A stretch of 64,000 bases of DNA from a virus (IMGVR_UViG_3300046804_004738:42263-106262); one strand, 5' to 3'; shown: positions 8,901 to 18,977, counted from the stretch's first letter. A program made the numbers and translations. Notes: generated from the sequence alone by a model not told the origin.

Positions 8901-11773
8901 GTACTTCAGGTGGCGCAGCACCTAGTCCTGGATTTACACTTTACGCAGCGACAGTAAGATTAGCAGATTCAACGACAGTAAGCACAAGTAACATAAATTG
9001 GACGACAGCAACCATTGGAGCTATTGGATACGCAGGTCAAAATGGAAGTCCAGGTACCGCTGCTAAAGTTGTAACCCTTACATCGAACGGAGAATCAATT
9101 ACTTTTGACGGTTCAGGTAATGCTGATCCAGCAAGCCAAACAATTACATTTACTGCATTATTAGAAAATATAACTGGTAATGCAACATTTACATGTGAAG
9201 CATTTAATTCGACAAATACATCACTTGGTAACATTACTTTAGGTGGAACAGTACCATCTAACATTAGAACACTTACTAACACACAATTTGTAACTTATCC
9301 AAATACAGCCTATGTTCGTGTTACAGCGACAGCAGACTCACGTAGCGACATAATTACAATTAATAGAATACAAGACGGTGCCGACAGTATAACTGGTTAT
9401 TTGACAAATGAATCTGTAACATTGTCGGCTTCATCAGATGGAACTGTAACAAATTTTGCTCCAGCTAATGGTGAGTTTAGAGTATTCGCAGGCTTACTAA
9501 ACGTAACAACGTCTGCTACTTTCTCAGTAGTTTCAAGTACGGGATGTACAGTTGCAATTAATACGTCTGGTGCCATTACCGTAAGTGCAATGACAAGCGA
9601 TACTGCTACAGCAAATTTAAGAGCAGTATACAATAGCATTACAATAGACAAAGTTTTATCACTCAGTAAATCACTAGCTGGTGCTGGAGGTGGTCCAGGA
9701 GTAAATGGTACACGTACTGCTATACTTGACATGTACAGAGTTGGTACTGCAACCCCTACTATTTTCCCATCAGGAACATCAACATATACTTGGGCTACTG
9801 GACAATTCACAGCTCCAGCAACACTTAATGGATGGTCTTTAACACCACCTGCACCAAGTGCTGGTCAAACCTTATACATCGTTAGACAGGTTTATGCTGA
9901 TAATAACACAACACTTACGTCAAGTGTTACATGGAGTGCTGCTTCAGCTTTAATTTCTACTGTGTCAGGAATAAATGGTCTTCCAGGTACTAATGGTACA
10001 AGGACTGCAGTTTTAGAGGTTTATTTATGGGCAGCAAGTACCCCTACTAATTTCCCATCAGGAACATCAACATATACTTGGGCTACTGGTGCGTTTACTG
10101 CTCCTACTACTCCAAATGGTTGGTCTTTATTACCAGGTTCATCAACACCAGGATTTAATTTATATGCATGTAGCGTAACTTTTGCAGATACTAATACTAC
10201 TGCCACATCTAGTGTAACATGGAATACAGCAACTGCCTATGTCGTAGGATACGCAGGTACGAATGGTTCAAGTAGTCCTGGAGCGGAAGGTGCATCAGCA
10301 AGAATTTGTTACACAAAAACTACATTATCAAGTTTAGCATCAACTCCAACAACAATTACTACAACAGGAAATTCTTCGTTCCCGCCTGCAAGTTCATGGG
10401 GCACAGGAACAAGTTGGCAGGGAACACCTCCTGCACTAAGTGCAGGTGAGTCACTATATCAATCAGATGGTATATATTCTCCTAGCACAGGAAATACTGT
10501 ATGGAATGTTCCGTACCTATCATCATTAAAAGTTGGCTCACTATCAGCTATAACAGTTAACACAGGTGCATTAAGTGTTACAGATATTTTAACTGTTGGA
10601 ACTACAGGAAAAATACAAGGTGGTCAAACAGACTATAATACTGGAACAGGATTTTTCTTAGGATATTCAGGCGGAGCTTATAAATTTAGTATTGGTAACA
10701 CTAGTCAAGGTTTGACTTGGAGCGGTTCTGGTTTAAGTATTGGTGGTGGAACATTAACAAGTACCGCAATTTCGGGTGTATCAATAGACGGTAGTACATT
10801 TACAGGTGGAACCATAAGAACGTCTGCAACTAATCCTAGAGTTGAAATGAGCGCAGCAAGTAATGATTTCCGAGTTTATAACAGCAGTGGTACAGTATCA
10901 GTTAGAATGGGCGGAACTAATAATTTTGGTGCCACTTTAAGTGCTTTAGGTACAGCAAGCCAAGGTCCAACTATTACTGGTACGAATGATGGCGCTCCTG
11001 GTGTTCGTGGTAACGCTACAGGATTAGGCGAAGGTGTTTATGGATCATCTGTTAATGGTTATGGTGTTTTAGGTGAATCAAGTAGTAGTGAAGCTGTTCG
11101 AGGAGTTGCTACGGTAAAGGGTGGAGGGAATCATGGTGTTCGTGGATTAAACACTAATGGTTACGCTGCTGGTCAGAATTCGGCTGGTTTAGTTGGGGCT
11201 GCCAATGGATACAACTTTTATGCTGATGGAGCATCTCCACTAGATTACGGTACATTTACAGGAGTTCATGATGCTTTATCTGAGTTAGCAGATACTTTTA
11301 CAATAGGTGACATTGTGATAGATATAGAAATAATTGTACATAGTTCGGTTTCATCGACTATTTCATTGGTAAAAACTAGCACTACGCCAAATCAAAGGGC
11401 TGCACTTGGAGTAGTATCTATGGAACCTAGGCCTTTATCTGATTTTGCACCTAAAGCTTACATTCAAGGCTGGGGCGAAGATCCAATTACTAAAAAATAT
11501 GGACAAATTATTCTTCCATGCTACAAGGATCATTCTAAAATTTATAATTTACTTGCAGTAAATGCATTAGGTGAAGGACAAATAAATGTTTGTGGAGAAA
11601 ACGGGGATATTGAAGCAGGTGACTTAATTGTTACAAGTTCAATACCTGGTAAAGGTATGAAGCAGGCCGACGATATTGTTAGATCATATACTGTTGCAAG
11701 ATCAAGAGAAGCAGTTACATTTAGTAGCCCAACTGAAGTAAAAATGATAGCTTGTATATTCTTATCGGGTTGA
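5987..11773 (+). CDS. Long tail fibre protein with tail-collar domain
   Basis: APINSPxFTGxPxAP fibre repeats, tail-collar motif WMVCDGTEVSRTTYATLF...TTFNLPN, repeated TYTW modules. Start ATG 5987 after GATAAATA and a GGGGG SD. Confidence 0.85.
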   Translation: MPIPGQENINIGAENEAENSDSLFIAFNKTQNNFSTLFAQSSQYTSFVGSDGISTTLNSNNKQVIINNTGVTRIAAGTGIAVNSANGNVVISVIGLSNGNLVAGVTNVGITSSTLQIINSPVVSSGTIGVDLPVIANIIPGTYSNPLIQVDNYGRITSVQNTFSTGTVTSVDIQNGSGISVSGGPITSNGTITVTNTGVRRLNPGPGILLTDTTGEITISANFSTFTGTVSRVTVVSNTLTVSNPTVTLAGNIRVELPINISVAGNVTGGGNFNVGQSVFVDGNVTANGRITAGNISASGNILSNGNISINSASRLRIPGGTNGQVLQTDGAGNLSFVTVTQNTAAGLGAPGANTQILFNDGGIVNANANLTFNKATGTLTAPNFSGNINVNTANFVSNAIQANITTLGNLTSLSVIGNIIGNNNLNINGNITSNSFIYALTPAANTSNNQVATTAFVANYVGNAQFTSNLYAPINSPIFTGTPQAPTLDQTLPGSNALATTAFVKSALGNANISGYAPINSPAFTGIPTAPNPSANTSSNQIATTSFVQSLLANANIGGSGTTEYAGTIQLWAATTPMPDNTWMVCDGTEVSRTTYATLFSRIGTTYGAGNGTTTFNLPNFTNRFPVGAGNLYALGSTGGSKDAVVVSHTHSVTDPGHPHILRIGQSAGTLTPQIGGWNFAGTFNATAYSNHVQSANTNISIDSTGEPGTNKNLPPYLGLIYIIKVTDTVGSGGSSGGGNVIVTGSTTATAEIYQWNATQPAIPSVTSTYTWATSLFSPVPSGWSTTPGTTVTPGATLWVIRVTVTKTGSETTTTFTWSGGTISASGYNGTNGVDATKTATISLYQWSTTQPANPSGNSTYTWSTTVNTGYTGGAGWQVSVPVNPGTAGLQLWSASKGITAASSVTSSTVDWSSGFTVRAVSINGEGGPGGTQYATPEVYQWAITIPAGPTGTSVYTWSSGSFTPVPSGWSTSGGAAPSPGFTLYAATVRLADSTTVSTSNINWTTATIGAIGYAGQNGSPGTAAKVVTLTSNGESITFDGSGNADPASQTITFTALLENITGNATFTCEAFNSTNTSLGNITLGGTVPSNIRTLTNTQFVTYPNTAYVRVTATADSRSDIITINRIQDGADSITGYLTNESVTLSASSDGTVTNFAPANGEFRVFAGLLNVTTSATFSVVSSTGCTVAINTSGAITVSAMTSDTATANLRAVYNSITIDKVLSLSKSLAGAGGGPGVNGTRTAILDMYRVGTATPTIFPSGTSTYTWATGQFTAPATLNGWSLTPPAPSAGQTLYIVRQVYADNNTTLTSSVTWSAASALISTVSGINGLPGTNGTRTAVLEVYLWAASTPTNFPSGTSTYTWATGAFTAPTTPNGWSLLPGSSTPGFNLYACSVTFADTNTTATSSVTWNTATAYVVGYAGTNGSSSPGAEGASARICYTKTTLSSLASTPTTITTTGNSSFPPASSWGTGTSWQGTPPALSAGESLYQSDGIYSPSTGNTVWNVPYLSSLKVGSLSAITVNTGALSVTDILTVGTTGKIQGGQTDYNTGTGFFLGYSGGAYKFSIGNTSQGLTWSGSGLSIGGGTLTSTAISGVSIDGSTFTGGTIRTSATNPRVEMSAASNDFRVYNSSGTVSVRMGGTNNFGATLSALGTASQGPTITGTNDGAPGVRGNATGLGEGVYGSSVNGYGVLGESSSSEAVRGVATVKGGGNHGVRGLNTNGYAAGQNSAGLVGAANGYNFYADGASPLDYGTFTGVHDALSELADTFTIGDIVIDIEIIVHSSVSSTISLVKTSTTPNQRAALGVVSMEPRPLSDFAPKAYIQGWGEDPITKKYGQIILPCYKDHSKIYNLLAVNALGEGQINVCGENGDIEAGDLIVTSSIPGKGMKQADDIVRSYTVARSREAVTFSSPTEVKMIACIFLSG

Positions 11774-11834
11774 TTTAATACGACTTATTTTTGCTCCATT
11801 TTTGCTAAATACAGTATAAAGGAGCAAAAAGAAA

Positions 11835-14800
11835 ATGGCTATACCTACACCAGCACAAACTATAATCGACACAAATTCTGATCCAGCATTGACAGTATAT
11901 GGAGATAGTGTTCCTGGAGTAATTACTTCAGGAAACGTTACAGTCAACATTACAAATGTTGAGGAAATAACGCAAACCTCTGTTATTAATCAAACATTAA
12001 ACAACGCTGCGGGGGGAACCAACTCAAGTGTCCAATTCAACATAAACAATCAATTAGTAGGTGACTCAGGTTTAACATACGATCCTAACACTGATAATTT
12101 AACTGTAGCTGGAAATGTTACGGCAGGCAACTTTGTTGGCAGTGGCTCACAATTAAGAAATTTACCTGCAGGAAATATTATAGGCTCAGTCGCAGTTGCT
12201 CAATTTGCATCAACTGCTGAGACAGTTTCTAATAGTTCACAACCTAATATTACAACAATTGGTACATTAAATTCTCTAAATGTATCTGGAAATGCAGCGA
12301 TAAACACAGTTAAAACAAATAACTTACAATACGCTAACGGAGAACCTTGGATATTTGACTTAGGTACAGGTAACATACTTTTTGCTGGCAGTACAATTTA
12401 TAGTGAATCAAATAGCACCATATTAATCAGCCCAAGTTACTCTCAAAATGCTTCAGCAACGATTTCGGTTCCTAGTGATGCTGATGCGGTTGGTAACAAT
12501 CTATCAATCACAAATCAGTTAAACGGGGTGACAGTTACAACAGGAAACGGTAATGCAACATTTAATTACAACTTTTCAAATACAGGATCATTATCTATTC
12601 CTGGTAGTATAAATGTAACAAATGCAGCGTTTACACTATCAACTAACACAGCAAACAATATAACCTTAGCAACACAGAATGGAAATGATGCAAATAGTGT
12701 TACGGTTCAATTAGATAACGGCAATGGATTAAACTTAAAAACAGCAAATGGTACTTATGTTTGGAGTTTCGATGACACCGGTAATGTTACTTTGCCTTCA
12801 GGTAACCCTACAATAATTGGTGGAGGCAATACTGGAATTGACGGTTATGGAATACTAAATTTAATTCCAGATTCAACGGTAGGTCTAGTAGCAAACAATC
12901 AAACAATAATTATTGATCCAGTAGGGACAGATGAAATTCATATTAGAGCAGGTGGCACACCAGATGCCAGTGGATCAGAATTATATTTAGGAGCGCAAAA
13001 CACTTTTGTAAGATTATCTGACACAACAGGTGCAGTTACATTAAGAAGTAATGATTTAGTTGGAAACACGTTTGATTTTGCGTTTTCTAACACAGGTAAT
13101 TTAAATGTTCCATCTAATTTTAGCGCAGTAGGAAATATCATAGGTGGAAGATTACAAGTATCTGGTAATGTAAACTCAACAAATGTATTATCCACTGGTA
13201 TTGTTAGTGCAACAGGTAATATAAGTGGTGGTAATTTAAGCATAACTGGTAATATTAATGCAGGTAATTTAATTGGTAACGGTAGTAACTTAACAAACTT
13301 GCCATCACAATTAGGTAACTTCCAAATTAGCACAAGTACATTAACAGTAAACGACAATTCACTAGACATTACTATCACAACTGGTAGTGCTAATGCAGGA
13401 CAACCAAATGGTCAAGATATTAATATCAATACAGCAAATGGATTCAATACTGGCAATGGTGGTGTAATAAATGTTGTAGCTGGAAACTCAGGTCCTAATG
13501 GTACAGGGTCAGGTGGAACACTTAATCTTTCAGCTGGTCAAGGATTTGTATCGGGTGCAGGTGGTAACCTAAGTATCAGTGCAGGTTCAAGTAATGGATC
13601 AGGCAATGGTGGAATGTTAATGATTCAATCTGGTTCAAGTTCAACCGGAGATGGCGGCGATATTGAAATTACATCTGGCTCAGGTGATGCAGGTGGAAAT
13701 ATTACGATTGAAGCATCTACAGGCGCAAATACAAATGGAATCATTTCATTAATTTCTAACGGTAATAGTACTTACACCTTTAACGATAATGTGTTAGAAT
13801 TACCAAACACAAATGGTGAAGCATACATTCAGATAGGAAATGAATATCCTGTTATTATGTCATATGGATCAGGCTCTCATGGAGGTCCTGAGATTAGCTG
13901 GTTAAATGCTGATGATCCTATAACTGATTACGGTAACGTATCTGTAATTAGAAATACATTATACTTAAATAATCAACAATTTTATGTAGGTTTCAATGAG
14001 AACGGAAATGTAACTCCTGGATTCAATGGCGCATTTACAATGGCTGCTGCTGATGGATTAGTTACTGCTCCTGCTGATATGAGTGTAATAGGAAACTTAG
14101 CAGCAGGTAACATAACAACGATTGGATCAGGTGGAAATATAAGTGGTGCCAACGTAGTGTCCGCAAATCTGTTTCAAGGTAACTTAAGCGCATTAGGTAA
14201 CATTGAGGGCAATATTGTTGTAGGTAACTTTTTGTATGGCGACGGTTCAAACATTGTGAACGTAACAAGTACTGGCTTCTCAAATGGCAATAGTAACATC
14301 GGTATCATAAACAATGCTAATATTACATTCTCATCAGCAGGCAATGCCAATGTATTAGAAATTAATGGCGCTGGGGCAGTGTTTACCGGTTACCTAAGTG
14401 TTACAGGTGATATAAGTGCGGCAAACTTAGTTGGTCCACATACAGCTGGTAACAGTAATATAGTAATCACTACAAATGGTAATATTACATTTACCTCAAA
14501 CAGTAATGCTACAATGGTTGTTACTAATACTGGTGCAAATGTAACTGGTTATGTTGATGCAACATATTTTGTAGGTGATGGTGCTAACTTGACTGGCATC
14601 ACACTTGCTAATTTGGATAACGGTAACAGTAATGTTGTAATTACGGCTAATGCAAACGTAACTGTTTCATCAAATGGTAATGCAAACGTAGTTGTTGTGT
14701 CTGGTCAAGGTGCTAACGTAACTGGATGGGTAGATGCAACTTACTTTGTAGGCGATGGAGCTAACTTAACTGGTATTACTTTAGCTAATTTAGATAATGG

Positions 14801-15320
14801 AAACAGTAATGTAGTTGTATCTGCTAACGGTAATGTAACTATTACTAGTGTAAGTAACGCTACAATGACAATTACTGATACTGGTACTAACGTATCTGGT
14901 TATGTTGATGCAACTTACTTTGTAGGTGATGGGGCTAACTTAACAGGTATTACTTTAGCCAATTTAGATAATGGTAATAGTAATATCGTTATCACTGCTA
15001 ACGCTAACATAACATTTACTAGTTCAGCAAATGCTACAATGGTTATCACTGACCTTGGTGCTAACATTACTGGATATGCGAATGTTAGTGGTAATGCTAA
15101 TATTGGTAATATTGGAACAGGTGGTATTGTATCGGCTACAGGTAACATTACTGGTGCAAAAGTTTCTGCTACAGTAGCTATTCAGTTACCAGTATACGCT
15201 GATGGCACTGCACGTGATGCTGCAATTACAAGTCCGGCAGCTGGTATGCTTGTATTCAGCACGGCAGACGGCTTCCAAGGTTACGACGGAAGTGCTTGGG
15301 GTAACATAACGTTAACATAA
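11835..15320 (+). CDS. Asn/Gly/Thr-rich fibre/adhesin-like virion protein
   Basis: GN-rich beta-type repeats and three copies of VDATYFVGDGANLTGITLANLDNGNSN. SD AAGGAG. Confidence 0.8.
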   Translation: MAIPTPAQTIIDTNSDPALTVYGDSVPGVITSGNVTVNITNVEEITQTSVINQTLNNAAGGTNSSVQFNINNQLVGDSGLTYDPNTDNLTVAGNVTAGNFVGSGSQLRNLPAGNIIGSVAVAQFASTAETVSNSSQPNITTIGTLNSLNVSGNAAINTVKTNNLQYANGEPWIFDLGTGNILFAGSTIYSESNSTILISPSYSQNASATISVPSDADAVGNNLSITNQLNGVTVTTGNGNATFNYNFSNTGSLSIPGSINVTNAAFTLSTNTANNITLATQNGNDANSVTVQLDNGNGLNLKTANGTYVWSFDDTGNVTLPSGNPTIIGGGNTGIDGYGILNLIPDSTVGLVANNQTIIIDPVGTDEIHIRAGGTPDASGSELYLGAQNTFVRLSDTTGAVTLRSNDLVGNTFDFAFSNTGNLNVPSNFSAVGNIIGGRLQVSGNVNSTNVLSTGIVSATGNISGGNLSITGNINAGNLIGNGSNLTNLPSQLGNFQISTSTLTVNDNSLDITITTGSANAGQPNGQDININTANGFNTGNGGVINVVAGNSGPNGTGSGGTLNLSAGQGFVSGAGGNLSISAGSSNGSGNGGMLMIQSGSSSTGDGGDIEITSGSGDAGGNITIEASTGANTNGIISLISNGNSTYTFNDNVLELPNTNGEAYIQIGNEYPVIMSYGSGSHGGPEISWLNADDPITDYGNVSVIRNTLYLNNQQFYVGFNENGNVTPGFNGAFTMAAADGLVTAPADMSVIGNLAAGNITTIGSGGNISGANVVSANLFQGNLSALGNIEGNIVVGNFLYGDGSNIVNVTSTGFSNGNSNIGIINNANITFSSAGNANVLEINGAGAVFTGYLSVTGDISAANLVGPHTAGNSNIVITTNGNITFTSNSNATMVVTNTGANVTGYVDATYFVGDGANLTGITLANLDNGNSNVVITANANVTVSSNGNANVVVVSGQGANVTGWVDATYFVGDGANLTGITLANLDNGNSNVVVSANGNVTITSVSNATMTITDTGTNVSGYVDATYFVGDGANLTGITLANLDNGNSNIVITANANITFTSSANATMVITDLGANITGYANVSGNANIGNIGTGGIVSATGNITGAKVSATVAIQLPVYADGTARDAAITSPAAGMLVFSTADGFQGYDGSAWGNITLT
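14530..15010 (+). repeat. Three ~60-codon tandem repeats in the fibre gene
   Basis: GTTGATGCAAC(A/T)TA(T/C)TTTGTAGG(T/C)GATGG-type unit recurring about every 180 bp. Confidence 0.85.
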
Positions 15321-15321
15321 T

Positions 15322-16020
15322 ATGGGAATTTTTGTAGGTGGCGGAATTATATTAGGCGCAGGAGTAACACTTACGTCACCTACTCCCCCAGTACCTGGTA
15401 GTATAGAATTTTCAAATGGTGCCACAGACGGATTAACACTTCCTGCAGTGTTAGACCTAACTGACACAAACACATTTACAGTTGAAGTTTGGATATATCC
15501 AACTGTTTATAATTCAACAACAGTTATTATAGGGGACATATCAGGAGGAACTACTGATTGGCATTTATCTATTCAGTCAGACGTTTTAGTTTTTTATTGG
15601 ACTGACGGCATAGGTAGTCTTACAAGCACAGGCGATACTGAAATTTTAGTAGATGAATGGACTCACGTTGCACTAAGTGTAAATAGTAATTACATAAGAA
15701 TGTTTGTCAATGGGGCAATACAAGGTATAACAGGAGAATCATTTTTTACTAATACTGCGAGTACAACAAATCAATTGGTTATTGGTAATCAATCATTTAA
15801 TGCATATGATGCATTTTTAGGTTATATGACAAATGTAAGAATAAATAACACAACATCATTGTATAACGATAGTTTTACTCCAACAATACCACTTATAGAT
15901 GTTGTCGGTACGCAATTATTGTTATTGGCAAATAGCACTGCACCATTTACGGATTCCAGCAATACAGGAACAATTGTAACGAATTTAGGTAGTGTCGCTT
16001 ATAACGTAGCATATCCATAA
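15322..16020 (+). CDS. LamG/concanavalin A-like lectin domain protein
   Basis: FTVEVWIYP...WTHVALS...RMFVNG...GYMTNVRI pattern. Confidence 0.8.
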   Translation: MGIFVGGGIILGAGVTLTSPTPPVPGSIEFSNGATDGLTLPAVLDLTDTNTFTVEVWIYPTVYNSTTVIIGDISGGTTDWHLSIQSDVLVFYWTDGIGSLTSTGDTEILVDEWTHVALSVNSNYIRMFVNGAIQGITGESFFTNTASTTNQLVIGNQSFNAYDAFLGYMTNVRINNTTSLYNDSFTPTIPLIDVVGTQLLLLANSTAPFTDSSNTGTIVTNLGSVAYNVAYP

Positions 16021-16044
16021 AAAAAGCCCCTGAGGGCTTTTTTT
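16019..16044. terminator. Bidirectional Rho-independent terminator
   Basis: A-tract-GCCC-CTGA-GGGC-T-tract between convergent genes. Confidence 0.85.
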
Positions 16045-16048
16045 ATTT

Positions 16049-16267
16049 TCATTTTAACTGTTTCAACATATAATCAGCATATTTACTATCACACATAGAA
16101 ACAACATCGCTGTGAGGCCATTCTAAATAGAATGGACATCCATTTTCCCATCTAAAATTTTCTTTAAAATGTTTAAATGCTTCTAAATCTTCACGTTTGC
16201 TAGGATCAAAATAACGCCTACGTTGAGCGTATCTATGTAAAATAGTTATGCTATCGTAGGAATTCAT
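16049..16267 (-). CDS. Hypothetical protein
   Basis: 72-aa ORF in the minus-strand early gene run. Confidence 0.65.
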   Translation of the reverse strand: MNSYDSITILHRYAQRRRYFDPSKREDLEAFKHFKENFRWENGCPFYLEWPHSDVVSMCDSKYADYMLKQLK

Positions 16268-16455
16268 TAAGTGCGTTCCATTGATGTAGCTTCAGTAATT
16301 AATTTAACAACTTGATCCAAATCGCTACACAGAATTTTTACGCCAGACCAATCGTCATTATCATTACGCCCATTTACTTCAAAGAGAAAACCATTGTCGT
16401 ACATGCGAATATTCATATCCTCATCTACTTTGGTAAGTTTATCAGAAATTTTCAT
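16267..16455 (-). CDS. Hypothetical protein
   Basis: 62-aa ORF with SD AAAGGA. Confidence 0.7.
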   Translation of the reverse strand: MKISDKLTKVDEDMNIRMYDNGFLFEVNGRNDNDDWSGVKILCSDLDQVVKLITEATSMERT

Positions 16456-16469
16456 AGTTATCCTTTAAC

Positions 16470-16495
16470 AAAAATAGGACACCCTAAGGTGTCCT
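16470..16495 (-). terminator. Rho-independent terminator
   Basis: AGGACACC-TTAG-GGTGTCCT followed by ATTTTT on the minus strand. Confidence 0.7.
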
Positions 16496-16505
16496 GTACC
16501 TTAAA

Positions 16506-16841
16506 TTACGCAGCAACTTTTGATTTGCCGCGTTGCTTAATGCTATCAAGACTAGGCTTAGCTGCCTTGACTTTTACTTCGCTCTTAGGAGCTTTTTCAC
16601 GATCAGCAATTGCATCACCGATCAACGATTGATCAACAGGATTCTGAAAATCCGAATGTGCCTGAAGATATTTAAGTGCATCCAACTTAGTCATTGCACT
16701 AGGCAATTCCATCAAATCGATGCGAGTCGCACCACCCTTAGTAAACTGCTTAACACGGCGAATCAAATCATCAGTAAAGCGAACCTTACTGTTACCGTTG
16801 TGAGTAGTGATACCTGCTACTTTGAACAATTGTTCAGTCAT
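16506..16841 (-). CDS. Hypothetical basic protein
   Basis: 111-aa ORF with SD GAGG, its own promoter and a terminator. Confidence 0.75.
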   Translation of the reverse strand: MTEQLFKVAGITTHNGNSKVRFTDDLIRRVKQFTKGGATRIDLMELPSAMTKLDALKYLQAHSDFQNPVDQSLIGDAIADREKAPKSEVKVKAAKPSLDSIKQRGKSKVAA

Positions 16842-16891
16842 AATTACCTCATAAGGTTGTTAATAAAAAGTTGTGTTGTCACACAGTTATA

Positions 16892-16920
16892 ATGATAACA
16901 CCGGTCATAGTTATTGTCAA
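16892..16920 (-). promoter_or_regulatory. sigma70-type promoter inside an inverted repeat
   Basis: TTGACA-17-TATCAT, overlapped by TAACACCGGT...ACCGGTGTTA. Confidence 0.7.
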
Positions 16921-16945
16921 TAACCGGTGTTACCAAAATTCTAAT

Positions 16946-17359
16946 TTACTTCTCCAAAACGTAGGGCTTGTTCCAACGACCAATGTTAACATCGATGTAC
17001 CAGCCCACATCAAAGTAATCAACCATTGCATCCGAATTGTCATGATTACCCGCATTCATTGCCTCAATAAGTTCTTTAAGACAATTTCTTGCCACACCAT
17101 CAAAGTGTTCCTTATACCAATAAGGGTTAACATCAATGTAATCTTTTGCAGGAGTAAAGCCACCATATGATGCGTAACGTGGGTTATCAATATTGAAACT
17201 ATTGTAGTTACCAATAAAATCAACTGCACCCGACTTAATGGTCAAGCAAAGGGTCATGTGATTACGCACAGACAAAGTGCCCCTAACACCATAATTCTTA
17301 AGAATTGCCTTGATGACTGGGGCGATCTTTGCTTTCTTTTCCTGAGACATGTATGCCAT
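16946..17359 (-). CDS. Conserved phage hypothetical protein
   Basis: 137 aa, DNSDAMVDYFDVGWYIDVNIGRWNKPY motif. SD AAGGAG. Confidence 0.8.
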   Translation of the reverse strand: MAYMSQEKKAKIAPVIKAILKNYGVRGTLSVRNHMTLCLTIKSGAVDFIGNYNSFNIDNPRYASYGGFTPAKDYIDVNPYWYKEHFDGVARNCLKELIEAMNAGNHDNSDAMVDYFDVGWYIDVNIGRWNKPYVLEK

Positions 17360-17370
17360 TTCGTTGCTCC

Positions 17371-17637
17371 TTAAGCAAATTCATAAAATTTTACAGACGG
17401 ATCAAGTTGTTGTAATTCTTTAGCAACCTTAATCAGTGCCTTATATCTTGTTTGCACCTGTGCGCGGCTTAATTCTCCATCGCAGGTAAGATTTTCTGGA
17501 CTGAGTTCGGCATCAATACTGTTGGCAATCTTTTGACGATCGGCTGCATTACTAAGATTCAACTCAGCACTACCAAACATTTTGGACCAAGAATTTTTTC
17601 GTTCTACATATGATTCAAGATTAGAAAAATTGAACAT
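17371..17637 (-). CDS. Phage hypothetical protein (LSPENLTCDGE motif)
   Basis: Start re-called to ATG 17637 after SD AAGGAG. Confidence 0.8.
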   Translation of the reverse strand: MFNFSNLESYVERKNSWSKMFGSAELNLSNAADRQKIANSIDAELSPENLTCDGELSRAQVQTRYKALIKVAKELQQLDPSVKFYEFA

Positions 17638-17667
17638 TTTGTGCTCCTTGTTATTGACTATACCGAT

Positions 17668-17696
17668 ATTATATCGCCAAATCCATTTATTGTCAA
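17668..17696 (-). promoter_or_regulatory. sigma70-type early promoter
   Basis: TTGACA-ATAAATGGATTTGGCGA-TATAAT, perfect consensus. Confidence 0.9.
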
Positions 17697-18167
17697 CCTT
17701 TTCTTTTTGACAAGTTTCTTGAGGGAAACTTTTTGCACCAGATACATTTTGTACTAGAAACACCGTAAAAATAGAGGCCTGTGTTCGGAAATTGCACTTT
17801 ACATGCACTACAGATAAATGTAGTCATTTCTGGCTCAGAATTATCAACTTTCGTTGGTTTCTTCGTTGTTTTTTTGGATGTGGATTTTTTTGGTAAGGGC
17901 ATGTAGTCTATCCGCGCAATCACGTATATCCTCGCTAAGTTTGCCTACACCAATATTGGATTCGACAAACCTAGCGATATCATGTAGTTGCATTACTGGG
18001 TCATTAATTGTATCCAACGGTGTAATCCTCAGGTTCTAGCATATCCGCTTCAAGCACTGCATCTTGATAATTGGATGCATTTAGCACAATTACTTGCCCT
18101 TCTGCAAAACAAGCCATGTAATTTCCAGATACAGGATCAGTTTCAACACTTACTAAAAAATTACCCA

Positions 18168-18353
18168 TTACAGTTTCTCCTTGATAAAATTAATAACATC
18201 ATTTGCTTGTTTTAAATCACTTTTATCCAAAGCTTCATCAATCATGTCCAACTGCATTGTATGCAATTCATTTACCATTGCATCAATAATTTGTCGTTTG
18301 CGATTCGCACTATTAAAAGTCACACGGTAATTAAAATTTTTGTAACTGTTCAC
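18168..18353 (-). CDS. Hypothetical protein
   Basis: 61-aa ORF. Confidence 0.55.
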   Translation of the reverse strand: MNSYKNFNYRVTFNSANRKRQIIDAMVNELHTMQLDMIDEALDKSDLKQANDVINFIKEKL

Positions 18354-18496
18354 TCTTTATCCTTTTTTTCCTGAGTTTTTTCAGGCATCATTCCCTTTGT
18401 GTACTCAGCGGTACTTTGTATGTCTTTTCCTAATCCACCAATTGTATTACAGGCAGTTAATGCAAACATTACGATTAATGTCATTACAATTTTCAT
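18350..18496 (-). CDS. Entericidin EcnA/B-family lipoprotein
   Basis: MKIVMTLIVMFALTA-CNTIGGLGKDIQ: lipobox followed by the entericidin CNT..G.GKD motif. Confidence 0.75.
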   Translation of the reverse strand: MKIVMTLIVMFALTACNTIGGLGKDIQSTAEYTKGMMPEKTQEKKDKE

Positions 18497-18497
18497 A

Positions 18498-18749
18498 TTA
18501 ATCCCACTCCTTATGATCACCAAATTTTTCATTGTCATCAAACCCTGCCATATATTCTGCAATTTCTTCCTCAGTCAAATCGGTGATCCTAGCACCATGA
18601 CCAGTGCCCTCGGGGTACCAGTGTGGTTGACGACCTCTGCGATAATAACTATCAGCACTACCGCGATCAAACAAACCACCATGTCGGTTACGATCAAACT
18701 GTGGTTCGTCTTTAAGAATTTTTACAACTTTCTCTTTAGTAACTTCCAT
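18498..18749 (-). CDS. Hypothetical protein
   Basis: 83 aa, DRGSADSYY motif. SD AGGAG. Confidence 0.75.
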   Translation of the reverse strand: MEVTKEKVVKILKDEPQFDRNRHGGLFDRGSADSYYRRGRQPHWYPEGTGHGARITDLTEEEIAEYMAGFDDNEKFGDHKEWD

Positions 18750-18977
18750 ATTAATCTCCTAAATAAACACTAGTACGGCGCTCAGATGCCCAACGCTTGT
18801 GTAACACTTTGGTCAACCAAGTTGTAAAATCTTTAGCAGCACCAAAATCTTGTACACATACCTTGTGACGCTGGCGAATTTCTTTTTCCTGCGTAGAATC
18901 AAAACCTAGTAACTTGAACAAACCTTGTTGTTTATTTGTTAACATGTTTATCTCCGTGTCAATCAATCAATACCGTT

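Noticed and set aside
5950-15148. Many antisense ORFs within the fibre genes (also within dnaK and nrdA)
   Set aside because: These are shadow frames produced by codon bias of the real gene on the opposite strand.
5987-15320. Diversity-generating retroelement acting on the fibre repeats
   Set aside because: No reverse transcriptase is present, and the repeats are in-frame coding repeats differing mostly at synonymous sites rather than at adenines.
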